Of a stretch of DNA of 64,000 nucleotides, positions 21,971 to 35,202 are shown piece by piece. The DNA comes from Camelus ferus (Eukaryota), in the NCBI RefSeq assembly GCF_009834535.1, contig NW_022589675.1, positions 62,001 to 126,000 on the forward strand, in the 5' to 3' direction. Both the position numbers and the translations under genes were made by a program. How positions within the stretch are numbered: position 1 is the first letter of the stretch; every line of letters begins with the position of its first letter. The notes beneath the pieces were generated by a model. It did not search any database and was not told the origin of the DNA. It worked only from the letters and a program-made list of their open reading frames with translations.

Positions 21971-23902
21971 TACTCCTTCTCTGCATCCTTCTTCCCAGCT
22001 GCAGGGCCTCATGATCTTGCCGGAGCTCAAGCAGAGGGCTATAATTTTATCCTTACCCTGGCGTAGTTCCCCTTTTGAGGTGAGAAAACTTGAAATATTT
22101 CACCTAAACATTTCTCTCCAATTATGTTCTTACATTTTTTTACCCCCTGCAACCTGCAGCCATAGAAAAGACAGGAGCAATCTTCACTAGGGCCATTTAA
22201 CACACTTCCACTGCTTTTGTTTTATTTGTTCCCCTTTCATTCTCCATCTACAAAACCCTCGGGGTTTGCCTTCCTGCATTCACAGACTTCCACTTGGATG
22301 CAGGCTCTTTCCTCTAGACTTTTAAATTTACTTCTTACCAGTTTTGTTTCCCTCGCAGAACTAGGAAGTCTGGGTGCTACCGTGTTCGTGTGGAGTTCAC
22401 AGACTTCCCAGGGCTCTCCAGACTTCCCAGGAGATCATTCATATTAGAGAGTAAGTTTATCCTCTAATAATCACTTTATGTCCTTGCACTAATCATGTGT
22501 CACAGTTGCACCCTATAGATTAAGTTCACTAGCAAAGCAAACTCAGTGGCACTGTCTCCTACGCCACTGACCATGGGCCAGTGGGACGAGGGTAGTCGGG
22601 GAGCGTGGAATTATTACAGAGGTTCGCGAATCTGTATGAACATATATGTTTATTCAATCAATAGATATGAAATTCATTGTTATCGGCATGTTGGACCTCG
22701 TAAAATTTTGACATGAAAACAGAATCCTTATATAATATTGGGACCCTCATGGGTCTCTGATGCAACTAATTTCAAATCTCACATGAAACAGATCAGGAAA
22801 TAAGTAAATAACTATGCTTAAAGAATCAAAGATAACAAGCAATAAGGATATTATAACTGCCAATAGAAATAACGTGTTGCAAAAAATTCCTGAAGGAGCC
22901 AGCTAAACGAGGGAGGAAAATAATCAGCAAGAAGGACGGGAAGAAAAGACAGAAAGACGAAGCAGGAAGGAAAGAGGGGCTGTGGGAGCGAGTCAAATAG
23001 ATAAACATGGATGGATTTCAGCTAAGTCTCAGTAAGGCTCAAATGAGTCTCAATGTCCAATGTTCTAAGAATCCACTCGTTGCTAACGCTGACCATGACG
23101 GGGAAGAAACCTCAGTGTCGCTATGCAGGTCCAGGTGACCTTGAGGCCAGGAGTGAAATGTGATCTGATTGCTGGTCTATGCCCTGAAGTGGGTCGTGTA
23201 GAGTGCGGTTCAGCTTCAAAGCATTAAGGGTCTTGGTGTTCGGGAAAGCTTACGCATACCCCTGATACATGCCATTAGAAGGCTGCAGAATGCTTAGAGG
23301 GCAAGGTTGTCATGACACAAGGCTCTGTTTTATTTCCTTAAGACTACTTCCTACAAATAATAAAGATCGATTGAAAAGCCATGAAATTTAAGCCAGGCTA
23401 CATATTTGCCAGAAAAATAACGTAAATCACTGAAGCGCTTGCATTCCTATAGGGTATGTGTGACACACGGTTTGAACGTGCTTTTTGTTTTCTGCAGTAT
23501 TGTATCTGAGGGGATCTCTCGACCCTGAGACTGTGGTTGCTTCAACTCTACACAAACACCGGGAAGAAAAGTAAGCAACGTAGTCAATCCCCTGGGACTT
23601 CTCCCTGCAAGAAGCCACACAGCTGCACCCCTGGCATCATGTAGGTAACCAGAGGCAGGAGCCCAGGAGAGACGTTTGGAGAGCTCTGGATGCGGAGGTG
23701 ACATGGAGACAAGGGTTGGTTCAAATCTTCACATTTTAATGATCCTCACATGTTTTTTTTTTTTCCTAGCCCTGATTTACCCTGGATTCGTTAGCCATTA
23801 TTGGACATTTTTAGCTAGAGAGAAAGATGGCATTGATAAAAGAGCATTCTACCACAAATCATGATTTCTTAACACACTTACGTGCTATTTTCTGAGGCAT
23901 GC

Positions 23903-24105
23903 GCGTGCTTCTCAACACTGGGCAGTGTCTAGAGACAGCTCTGATTGTCACAACTGAGAGGAGGGGGGGTGCTACTGGCATTTAGTGGGTAGAGCCCAGG
24001 GAAGCTGCTTAACATCCTGCAGTGTCCCGACCCCAACTCATCCTCCACCCCTGGACCACATTAAAGAATCGTCTGGCCCAAAATATCAATAGTGTTGAAG
24101 CAGAA
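23903..24105 (+). mobile_element. MER20 (hAT-Charlie MITE) remnant
   Basis: cttctcaac...ggcagtgtctagagac...gattgtcacaactg...gtgctactggcatttagtgggtagagcccagggaagctgct...ggcccaaaatatcaatagtg. Confidence 0.85.
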
Positions 24106-24639
24106 TAAAAAATATACACATTCTCTTATTTTGGTTCATTTATATGAAGGAACAATGAACCAAAAGAAACATCTGGGATTAAGACTCTGGTTTGGGATTT
24201 GGGACGTTAATCTAGGTTAACAAGAGTATGTGAAAAAGGTGCCTAGCTGCTGGATGCCTCAGTTTCTTCACTTCCCAGAGTATAATAATAATGAGTCTGT
24301 ACTTCAAAGGGGTTAAATGAACTTTAATGAACACTCATTAAGCACTTTGAGTTTCTCAGTGAAAGGTTTTATGAAGCTAAAATTGTGATTAAATTAGTCC
24401 TATAACTAGATCTTCACTTAAAATCAAGCAGCACATGACTTAAGAAAATTGAACTGTTAAAAGACATTTTTCCAAGTATTCAGTCTAAGACTTAATCAAT
24501 TCAAAGAGGATGCTATTAAGCTCCATAATTTGATGCTACGAACACCTGTGTTTTCATTTTTGTCTTTCTCTCATGATAATGGGGAAACAGCGCTTAGGCC
24601 AGGAAGCAGCAAAATGAGTACCCAAAACAAGTGCTTTGG

Positions 24640-24820
24640 AGTCCGACACGTCTTGCAACCACATATTAGTGTGTCATTATGGTCAGTTACCCAGTGTCCC
24701 TGGACCTCAGTTTTCATTATCTTTAAAATGAGGTGAATTACACTCACATCAAATGATGAAGATTAAAATCTGTTAATCTGTATAAAGCACCTGTACACAG
24801 TGGGTGCTTAATAAGTGCTA
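24640..24820 (+). mobile_element. MIR fragment
   Basis: ggacctcagttttcattatctttaaaatgagg...agcacctgtacacagtgggtgcttaataagtg. Confidence 0.7.
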
Positions 24821-26329
24821 TTTCCCTTCCCTTCCGCTGTGGTTTTGTAGATCTAGTCTGGAGACAAATATTTTAAGTTCTGGCTTGCAGCTAACGTGAA
24901 AGCTTTACCCAGCCAATGGTTTCAACCTCTTCCCCTCCAATGTGTTTCATAAAAGTTGCTAACACATTGCCAAGTTCGCCTGCTAAAGATTCCTTTTCTT
25001 TTTGATTTTTTTTTTTTTTTTGTTCCTTCTTTTTAAGGCCAAGGATGAAAAGTAGAATAGGTAGATGAGGGTAGCCAAAGGGAGGAGAAGATTCTGAGTG
25101 CCTGGGATCACGCAGCAGCCGGAGAGGCAGCCACTGAGTCGTGAGGACCTGCAGCCTGGGTCAGCTTTTCTTTTGAACATCACCTTTTTCCCCAGTGGGC
25201 ACAAGAAAGAGGTCAACATGGAGCATGTGTTAAGAAAGTGTTGTGTTGGTCAGAAGCTGGCTCCATTCTGCAGTCTGCAGAATTGATTTTGGTGAATGAT
25301 GTGGCTCCTATAACTTAGTTTGCAGACCGTCTTGAGTTTCAAACTGCTGCTGGAGCACAGACGTGAGCGTGTGAGCGAGTCACGCCAAGGCACGAGCCCA
25401 CGGGACGAGCACTCACTGTGCGGTCAGGTGGTCAGGGTGTGCTGTGGGCTCTGCCACTCGTTCACTTAGTGACTTCTGGCCAATTACTTAAATGCTTTGA
25501 GCCTGATTTCCTTATCACCCTCAGAGGATTGTGTTTTGGAGATTAAATTAGGCAACATATGTGAAAGCACCTAGCACAGTGCCTGAAATTTAGGCACTGA
25601 GCCAAATCGGAACCTTTATGCAAATTTCCATGGATTTCAGTTATACAATAATTTCTATTTACATTAAAATGTCTCCCAAATGTATCCCATGAAAAACTTG
25701 TTCCATGAGCTATTGAACGGCAGGGCTCTACAGTTAAATCAGGTTGCAATATGTTGCATATTATATCTCTCTCTGGAAGAGTCCCAGTGCATGCGAGCAT
25801 CTTCATGATTCTGGGACGTGATGCAGTTAAACAGCATGCCAGAGAGCAGGCAATAACTTGATTACATCAAGATGTCCTAACAGCATTTCTCATGGGATAT
25901 CTATTGACCCTTCGGGACTGATATTCTATAGGAATTCTACAAGTACAAAAACTCACTAGTAATCAAGATTCTGGGACAACCCCCACTGAATACAGGTCCT
26001 TCTTGTTCTTTAAAGAGCCTCCTTTCTGCTCCAGATTGCACCTTGTCCCTTCAGCTTTATTACAGAAGGTTTTCACTTTTCAAAAACGTGGAACATTTAT
26101 CTATTAATCTATTCTAAGCCAAACAAGCATACAAAGTTCCATAGCATTTAGTTTACTGACTAATAAGCATATTAACTGTTCACTTTGTGAGTCATCCCAG
26201 AGTCAACTTTTAGAGATAGCCCTGAACTGGCCACCAAATGTCTCTGCAATACTTTTTTCAAACAGTCAATTGTTGTACCCACATGAATGGACAATAGTAA
26301 TCACCCCCACAGGCTAAGTTTGCTAAGGA

Positions 26330-26490
26330 CTTTAAACATACAAGATGCTTTCATACGTTTTATCTCATTTGTTCCTCTGAACAAACCATGGTACTGTCTC
26401 CACTTTACAGATGAGGTAACTAAGGCCCAACCTAGGTCAATGGCAGAGCCAAAGCTCAAACTCTGCTGTTTGGCTCTAAGTCCAGTGCTT
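26330..26490 (-). mobile_element. MIR fragment
   Basis: ctccactttacagatgaggtaactaaggcccaa is the antisense MIR core. Confidence 0.7.
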
Positions 26491-28964
26491 TTTTTCATGT
26501 ATTAATTATTCCATAATCCCCAGCGTGTTAGACCTGGACCGCACACTCATATTGATACCTGTAATTTGTATTTAAGGCCCTTGAGGAGTAAGTATCCCCC
26601 TTTCTTGCTGCCTTGGTGGCCAATGACTGGAGAGAAAGAAGGGAGGTACGTCAGCTTAGCACGTTCACTAAGAGCAGGCGAGAAGTCCTTTAGAGCAGCG
26701 AGGAAAACCACGCACTCGAAAGCCATACACCCTGGGCCTAAATCGTCCTGGCTCCTTCACGAACCAGCTGTATGAGCTTGGAAAAGTTACTCCTATCTCT
26801 GCGCCTCACTCCCCTCACCTGTAAGTTCTGGATTATGGCGGCACCTAGCTTATAGCTGGTTGTGATGATTAAGTGAAGAACAATGAAATAGAGCAGAAAA
26901 CTATGTTGTAAACGCCTGTGACTTATACTATATATGTATCTACAGTCTTGCTAACTGTCCTGGGAAGACAGACCACTATTTATAACATTGCTTCCTACTG
27001 GGGAAGAAAAAAAAAAAAAAAAAGCATTTCTTGTTCCAAAAAACATGTACTTACAAATGAGGTTAGGGAAAATTATACCCTTCAAAACTTACAAAATCAG
27101 TACTGAGTAATTTCGCTTTCTCCTTGCCCTCCCTTAATATATGTCAGAATCAAATCAAAGTTACTTTGGCATTGATGATCAGTAGGCATACTGTGCACTG
27201 TGTTCCCCTGGTTTCAATCACTGCACGCTGAGTTAGAAATATCCTCAGCAGAGGTACCTGGAAATACGTATCCACTATAAGCAGGAGCCAATTTTAAAAG
27301 CCTCAGTTAAAGTTATAGATTCTGTAACTCTCCAATAAACTAGGGAATTATTTAAAATCATAAATCGTCTTCAAAAGCGATGTCCTTAATAGCAATGAGG
27401 AATAAAGAGGGGATGCAGGTGAAGCAGTATCAACTTAGCTCTTTCAGGGAAAAAAAAAACAAATCTCTGGCCGCTATACTGTATTCAAGTGTGGAAGACC
27501 TGTGGTCAGCATTCGGTCAGGAGCAAGTCTGATTAATACTCTTATGTGTTTAGTTGAACTATTAAAAAGCAAGTGAAATCAATTTATTAGTATTTTTGGA
27601 GTAGGATTAAAAAAACATTTTCTTGAGAATCGAGAGATACTTGTCTGAAACAAAGTAGGTAATATATTTCCTATAAAGACTGTAATCTCAAGGGATCCTT
27701 TCTCTTAGGCAAGAGCATTTTAATGCGAGGTAGGCATCTGTTTTAGTTTTATAGCATCATGATCGTATTTCAGTGTCAGGGACCAGGTCTTCCTTGCTTC
27801 CCGGCTACTTGTACCAGGCATATAGTAGCCACTCAATGAAAAAAATCTATGGCAGTTATAAATCTAGGCCATGTACTAGAGGCAACAGAGGTGGGACCCT
27901 GGGAACATGTTTTGTTAAGGATGCGTTTTTTTTCTAACAATGACCACAGAGACCTCTGCTGGCGAGTACTGGGACTACAACTCAGGATCAGATTAAAAAG
28001 CAAGAATGAAGAGGGTAAAGGCGAATTTCTCAATTTTCTTTTCTCCCTTTGCCCGTGTTCTGCGGTAAAAGCTCCATAAAGAAGCCGTCCTCACAGCGTG
28101 TAGTTGGACTAGGATAGGGTGAATACTAAAATGAGGGTAAATAAACAACTTTTCTTTGAGGTGACTAGGAAGGATATCAAACTTAAAAAGAAAAAAAAAA
28201 AACACAGCACATGGAGAACTGGGCTATGACTAAACTTTCTGTGATCATCTGACAGCTGGTAAGTTATTCAAGGTATACCTTCCAGAAAAGTCCAGAACGG
28301 GGACCCAGTGAATGAAATCACTGTGGTCTGTTAATCTTGTTAATTTTGAGGATTTGTTACTCGTTATTCTGAGGGTCATACACTTTACACAACTTCTCCG
28401 TCATTTAATTCCTCCCCAAGTCTGTTTCCCTCTTCACACTGTCCTCATCTTACCTATGAGAGGTTTATTAACTTACAAAGGCAGTGCTAGTGGTCATTTG
28501 GGTATTTTGGGGTTTTTGGAAGAGAAGATGTTTTGCTAAACCTCCCTGACAATCTCATTCTTCCCGGCTCTAAATATTTTAGGAGACTGTGGTTACTAAC
28601 GTGGTCCTAGAGTGACCTCTTGCTGCACAATTTGTACATGAGCCCACAAGCTTAGTCCTAGATGCCGGTGAATTGTCAAGACAGAAACCTCTGTGTGTAT
28701 GAAAGTGTATATGCATTTACATGCATAGAATGAATGACTTAGCTCTACACAAGTGAGCTTTTTAATGTTTCCATGTTCTGTAAAGCTACTGGCTTTCCCA
28801 TTATCAAGTAGTAATAGAAGTTTCCTCTCCAAAATGAACTCTATGAGCTTGTGGAATGTTCTGTTTGTCCTCTTAGACTGTGCTTAAAAAAGAACATTTC
28901 ACTTTCCTAATCAGATACATTCTGGACATTACATGCAGGACTATTGAATGAGCAAAAGAACTTA

Positions 28965-29144
<180 letters not shown>

Positions 29145-29831
29145 TCAAACAAAGCGTTAGCTAAGAGCTGATAAAATTTTATAGCTAGTTTATTTTAAAC
29201 TCATCTTTAAAAATAGCCAAAGTGTATATATTTTGAAAGAGATTAATATAATGTAACTATCTTAAAACTCAAATTCAATGAAGTTAAATTAGGCTTTGAA
29301 ATTACTTTGTCTCAGAAGTATTGTACATTAAATATAAAAATAGAGAGCAAGAAGGAAGATATGGTAATAAAATCTAAAATTCTGTACCATCCTGTTTAGT
29401 GACATAAAATGATCATTGTTTTCATAAAGCAGAAATAATATATAATCCGGAGAAAACATTACACCAAAATGTTTGTTTTTAATGAGCTGACATTTTTCAG
29501 AAGTCATGATAGGAAAAAATGAGTGACAAGTATGAATTTCGTCCTGACAATGTGTGTTCCTGTGAATATATCGCAACTTTTTTTTTCAATAGCCAGTTGT
29601 AAACAATAAACAGCTGTGTATCAGTATTGGCTTCTCCCACTCCAAGATGAATTTAGGAAAACTCAGCTTCAAACCCTCTTTAGCACCAATATTGATTTAT
29701 AAACTGCATCTATCAGTAAGCCCTGGGGAGTGTGCACCAAATGGGCCTGCATTTAATTAAATTACCCTCTAGCCCTGCCAGCCCCTGGGTGTCCTAACGT
29801 GAGTGATTACAGGGATTCAGGAAGGCAGTAC

Positions 29832-30033
29832 CTGTTGTGGTGTTCTCCAGATGTCCGTGTTGGGGGCCTCGTAAAATCTTAAAGATGATCTGATCGTCAT
29901 CGGTGTCAGGGTCCGATGCCTTCAACACGCGGGACGTGATGTAAATCCCATAACAGCCATTTTTCAGGAGCCCCACTTGAGAAGGGGAATACAAATGTGT
30001 GATGGAGGGGGCTGCTGTGTCCAACTGGTCCAC
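29832..30033 (-). CDS. FREM1: FREM1 coding exon (~exon 26), 202 bp
   Basis: caattcag|GTG GAC CAG TTG...ACA ACA G|gtactg; [67 protein letters not shown]; phase 0 to 1. Confidence 0.95.
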
Positions 30034-30269
30034 CTGAATTGTCAATAATGACGCACAACATTACACAAAGGCTTCTCATCTGCGTAGGGCTTTAGTGGTT
30101 CAACAATGACAAACTCTCTTCAATTTCAGATTCCTTATCCTCCTCCTATGTTAAAATCTCTGCTAAAGACTATCTTTTTTTTGCAATATCCTCAACAAAC
30201 ATCATAGTGCCTGGGACGGAGGCCAACTTTCTATTGTAAACTTTGACCCAGCTTTATTTGCCCACCGTC

Positions 30270-30405
30270 TGACTCCGCCATTAGGATATCAGCTCCTTGA
30301 GGGCAGATACCATGTCTTCTTCCCCCCACGTACGTACTCCCTGCACCTGGCCCAGTGCCCAAACATAAAAAGAAGCTCAAGAAACACCTGTTGAATGCAT
30401 GCATT
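30270..30405 (+). mobile_element. L2 3' end
   Basis: cagctccttgagggcagataccatgtc...cctgcacctggcccagtgcc...gctcaagaaacacctgttgaatgcatg. Confidence 0.75.
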
Positions 30406-30999
30406 AAAACTGACCCAAGGATTGTATTGCAAACTTAATGTTAGTTACACAGAAGGACAGCTCGGTTTTCCCAGGGTTTGGTGATTGACAGAAACAGTTA
30501 CAACGGTCTACAAATGCACTGAACATTTTTTTTTTCTTGTCATGTCTTTGTTCAAACGGGAAAATGTTGAATGAAAATAAACATACCTCAGTTAAAAAAG
30601 AAAGTGAAAGATGCTTACCTATAGGTATTCGCATTTTCGTTTCATTGACAATGAGAACCGGGTAACTAAACAGATCACTAAGGTGGGTTCAAGTTGTGAA
30701 GACTGTGGTGAACGATTACTCATGAGGGGGAGAGGGACATAGGTTCAGACACCACAAAGGGCCTCATTCAAGGGCAGTATGGAGCTCAGTCCAGCGTACA
30801 AAGGACTCCTGCAGATTAGGGATGGGGCATTTTTGGATGGATTAGCACAATTCATCACTGATACCAGGAAACAGGGATAAGGACACTATCTTTGCTCCCC
30901 TCATGCCTACTCATTCAAATTTTAACTTTCTTTACCCCCAAAATAATACTGTTGTAAATGTAGCAAAATAAAACCTGAGTGTCAATGATAAGACAACAT

Positions 31000-31870
31000 A
31001 TATATATATTTGGGGGGAGTATGATGGCGTAATAAACTACTATCCAGCTAGTAAAAAGAAAAAGAGGTAGGGTAAACTGATAATGAAAAATCTCCACAAG
31101 TGTTAACTGCTAAAAAAACAAACAAACAAGTTGCAGAACAGGAGACTACACCACCATTTTTGTTCAAAGCAAACATATATACATGTTCATACAGACACAG
31201 ACAAAATTCTGGGAGCACTTACACAAACCTGTTCATCTGTCGTGGGATGGGGGAAAAATTACCAATTCTCCTTTGAGTAACTCTAGATGGAATTTTGTCA
31301 TCACCAAATTTCCTTTCAAGTTGGCAAGCAGCTTTTTATTTTAAAAAGTAATCATACCTCGTGTTGGTAAATGTTTGGAGAAACAGGCATTTTTGTATTT
31401 TGCTGGTAGGAATGCAAATAAGTGAAAATTTTTCAGGATATAAATTTGAGATATATGTAGAATTAAAAATATGCATATGTAGTGATCCAAAATTTTCACT
31501 TTTTGAGTATATTCTACAGAAACGGATATGTACAAAGTGTATATATATGGAGGTTGACTCAAATATAATTTATAATAGCAATTAACAAGAAATTCCACAA
31601 AACATCAAAAATCATTTCTGCCTGTGACTGAGTGCCATGCAGCCTTTAAAAATTATGTTTTCAAGGAAGATTTAATGACATGAGGAAATTTTTATAACAT
31701 AAGAGTGGAAACAGGTACTATGCATAATAGTACATATAATGTCATCCCATTTTTTTTATTGCACAGAATAAAAGACTGGAGGGAAGCCATGAATGACCAT
31801 GGGATGATTGTGAAGGACTTTGTTTTTTACTTGTCCTTTTCTGTAGCTTATGAATCCTTTACCACAAACA
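31000..31870 (+). mobile_element. Old L1 (L1ME-like) fragments
   Basis: gtgttggtaaatgtttggagaaacaggca..., gccatgcagcctttaaaaa and similar L1M 3' motifs. Boundaries approximate. Confidence 0.6.
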
Positions 31871-33273
31871 ATGATTGCATAAGCTGAAACAGCAACTAAC
31901 ATATTTATAAGTTACAGTCATTCTTCTCTCCTAAAGAAGTGTGGCTGGCAAGCTCAGAGCTGAGAGGGTGGCTGGGAGGTGGGGAGTCAAACAGGTATCA
32001 TAGCCTTTGGGGTAGGAGCTCTGGGGGAGCCAAGAGGAAGGATGGTCAATGACAAGAGAGGAAAATTAAAAATACTTCAAGCCTTGTGAGTAATCCTTGA
32101 AGTTGGTAGATAGTTGAGGGTAGTTTTTTCAATATTATATTTTTCTTAACAATAAAAGTATTTAAACAGGAGTAAATACCTGTTGTGATCATTTGTTTTA
32201 AAAAGTGTTAATATCCACACTCTGGTTACAGGGTCCCTGGGTGTGTCTTCTTTGGTCATACTTTGTGTTAAAATGTATACTAAATCTACTAAATTTCTAG
32301 CCTCTTCAAAAGCAGGTCTTCTGACTCAGTAAGCAGGAAGTACTGGAGTACAAGACTTTTTTTTTTTTTTTTAAGGCTACATCCTGATGATCACTTGTGT
32401 TGAATGCACTGAAAATCAGCTCACACTTGCCTAAACCATGGGAAGCAATGACACCGGTCCTTTCCCCGTCACCTCCAGCCCTGTCCCCTGTCAAAGGAAG
32501 ATTACAGGAGTCATTGTAGCAAGACTGCAGAATCTCGGTCAGAAAGACATGACTTCCGACCAAACAAATGTCAGACTGGTGCCTGCTGCTATCAGTAAAA
32601 TACACCTGTGTCTTGTGCTTCAGTCCAATAGCTTTGCCCTCAGTTACCCAGGTTGGGACCCTAAGAGTGGATGAGCTTTGTTTGTTTGTTTGTTTACATA
32701 CAGGCAAGGAAAACCTTGCACTTTTATAACGAAAAAAACTTTGCAACATGTATTCAACAATTTCCCGTCAGTAAATGCTACAACTTCCAAGGGAGAACTC
32801 CCTTATGATAACCATGCTCTTTAAGATCACTTTGGTGTTGGGAGAAACCTGATTTAAGTTCTGGTACTTTCTTCAGTCACCACCCTCTCTGTTCTGGAGT
32901 GGAGGAAGGAACCCTTACGCCAGCACTCAGAATTAATAACTCCTACAAATTTGCAAGCATACAGACCAGAAAACTATTCCTGTTGGACAGTACAGTGGCA
33001 TTTCTCCATAGAGCCTGGGGAGCCAGGAGCTGAGAAAAAGACATTAACAGACTGAAGCATGGGATGCAGCTAACAACAATGAAAACATGGAAGAAAAAAG
33101 AAACAGTGATTCTACTATGTGCATAGTACTTCTTACATACTGTGCCAATAACATCAACACCTGCTCTCTTCTCCTAGTGCCTCCTAATTTCATTGCATTT
33201 TCTGGACCTCCCTACTCACTCTGTGTTATCGTAACTCCCCACATTTCAACTCAAATCCCACCTTAGGTGGAGA

Positions 33274-33718
33274 CTGTGATAGGTAAATGTATGTCATCTT
33301 AGCTGGGTTATGATGCCCAGGGTTTGGCCAAACACCAGCGGAGATGTTCCTGTGAAGGCCTTTTTTCAGATGTGATTAGTATTTCAACCAGCAGACTTGG
33401 AGTCCAGCAGATTACCCTCCACACTGTGGGTGAGCCTCATCCCATCACGTAAAGGCCTTCAGGGAGAAGACAGAAGTCTCTTGCAGAGGAAGGAGTTCTG
33501 CCTTCACACTGCGCCTTTGGACTCAAGACTGGAACATCAACTCCTGCTGGAATTTTCAGGCTGCTGGCCTGCCGGGCAGACTTTGGATGTGTCAGACCCC
33601 ACAACTGCATGAGCCAATTCCTGAACATAAATCAGTCTCTCTCCTGCACTCATAACTGATACGTGTATAAATTATGTACATCCTATTGATTCTGTTTCTC
33701 TGCAGAACCCTAAGACAA
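33274..33718 (+). mobile_element. ERVL solo LTR (MLT2-type)
   Basis: tgtgat...gatgcccag...tttggccaaacacc...cagattaccctccacactgtgggtgagcctcatcc...gagccaattcc...ctattgattctgtttctctgcagaaccctaagaca. Confidence 0.88.
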
Positions 33719-34737
33719 AGACTAAAGAGCAAGGGAAAATTATTATTTTATATAATCAGAATATATCCTGTAATTAAGAGACAGACATATCTTTTTTTGC
33801 TGCTGGTGGAAGTGTGTAAAACAGGGTGAACCATATCCAAGGAGAGTGGATTCAGGGCTTTGGGAGCCAGAACGTACTTGATGTGTTTTGACTGAAAAAC
33901 GGAAAACACATTACGCCCTCAAAGAATCATCAAATAGTCAACACAACGGTGGCAGGTGTGGTGCCACGGAAAGGACACAGCATTCGGGATCAGAAAGACG
34001 TGAGAGCTCTACGTGTGTCTGACCAAATTACTTCTGCACGTCTATACGATAGAGATGGTAAAACCTAGTTCACAGGATTTTTATGAACATTAAATGAGAT
34101 TTATGTAAAGTGGGTTCGACCTGCAGTTAACACTCCAAAAATTGGAGCTGCTCCAGTGACTTCCCTCATCATTAATGTGTGTGTAACACTGATGCGGCGT
34201 TGTAGGTTTTCATGTGTTTAATTGAAAAGTATTAAAACGCCAGTAGATAACATGGACCCATAAGCATCAACATAACAGCGCAGTCAGCTACTAAAACCGT
34301 AGTTACAGGAGACTGAATACCTAATGCACTTCAGGCAATGGGCTAGGGCCTTGGGTACCTAATCTTATTTAATTCTCACTGCTGGGCTGTAAAGCGCATT
34401 TTTTAAAGAAGGAAAAGTAGAATCAGAAGAATTGAAGAATTCCTTTAAGCTCACACCGATATTAAAATGTTTAAAGCAGAAATTCCAGCCTAGGTGTGTC
34501 TAAGTCTAAAGCCCCCGTGTTTCGGTCCTTTCTGTCCTGCCACTGAGGCTGGGCGTCAGTGTGGGCACAGGGACCCCATCTGCTTCGTTCATACAATATG
34601 GTCCCTCGCTCAGTGCCTGGCGTGCTGTACACGCACACTACATGTGTGGATGAGAGGAGGAAGGAAATAAGGAACTACTTCTCCTTGAAGTCATTTCCTC
34701 CACTTCTCTGGCCATGAGCTGGACTGGTCATACTTGC

Positions 34738-35152
34738 CTGGATGGTGAATGAAACAGGTTCTTGCCGAACTCTCCCATCTGCAAGAAAGCCTTGGTTTGT
34801 CCCGTCTGTGGCCACAAAAGTAAAGCGGTCGGTCTGAGCGTCCCCTCCCGAGTGCCTGTAGGCCACCCGGCCGCTGTCCACGTCGCGCTGAGTGAAGTTG
34901 TGCTGAAGCAGCAGCGCCCCCCGCAGCTGGAGCTGGCCGTGCCGAGGGCGCTGGGCCACGACGAAGGCGAGGCTCTCCACGGGGGAGTCAGGGTCGCTCA
35001 GCTGAAGGAGGTCGGGGGAGAGCAGGCCGGTGGCCCCTTTGGCCAGCCTCAGCCCCTCGTTCCTGGTCAGCACGGGTAAGGCTCTGTCCACGGCCTCCAG
35101 GGCGATCTCAAAGGCCCCGGGCCTGGTCTGCAGTCCATTGCTGACGATGAAT
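34738..35152 (-). CDS. FREM1: FREM1 coding exon (~exon 25), 415 bp, ends at a GC donor
   Basis: tttgccag|A TTC ATC GTC...ACC ATC CAG|gcaagt; FIVSNGLQ...[13 protein letters not shown]...HNFTQRDVD...[12 protein letters not shown]...FTIQ; phase 2 to 0. Confidence 0.95.
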
Positions 35153-35202
35153 CTGGCAAAGAGAGGCAAGGCAGCCTTCAACATGGATTCTCGTGTCACC
35201 AT
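35153..35202 (-). CDS. FREM1: Isoform-specific N-terminal extension of the short FREM1 isoform (TILRR), in frame with the next exon
   Basis: ATG at 35202-35200 gives [17 protein letters not shown], in frame with FIVSNG. This closely matches the human TILRR N-terminus as recalled ([17 protein letters not shown]). An upstream tandem acceptor ttccag-tag precedes the ATG. Confidence 0.75.
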
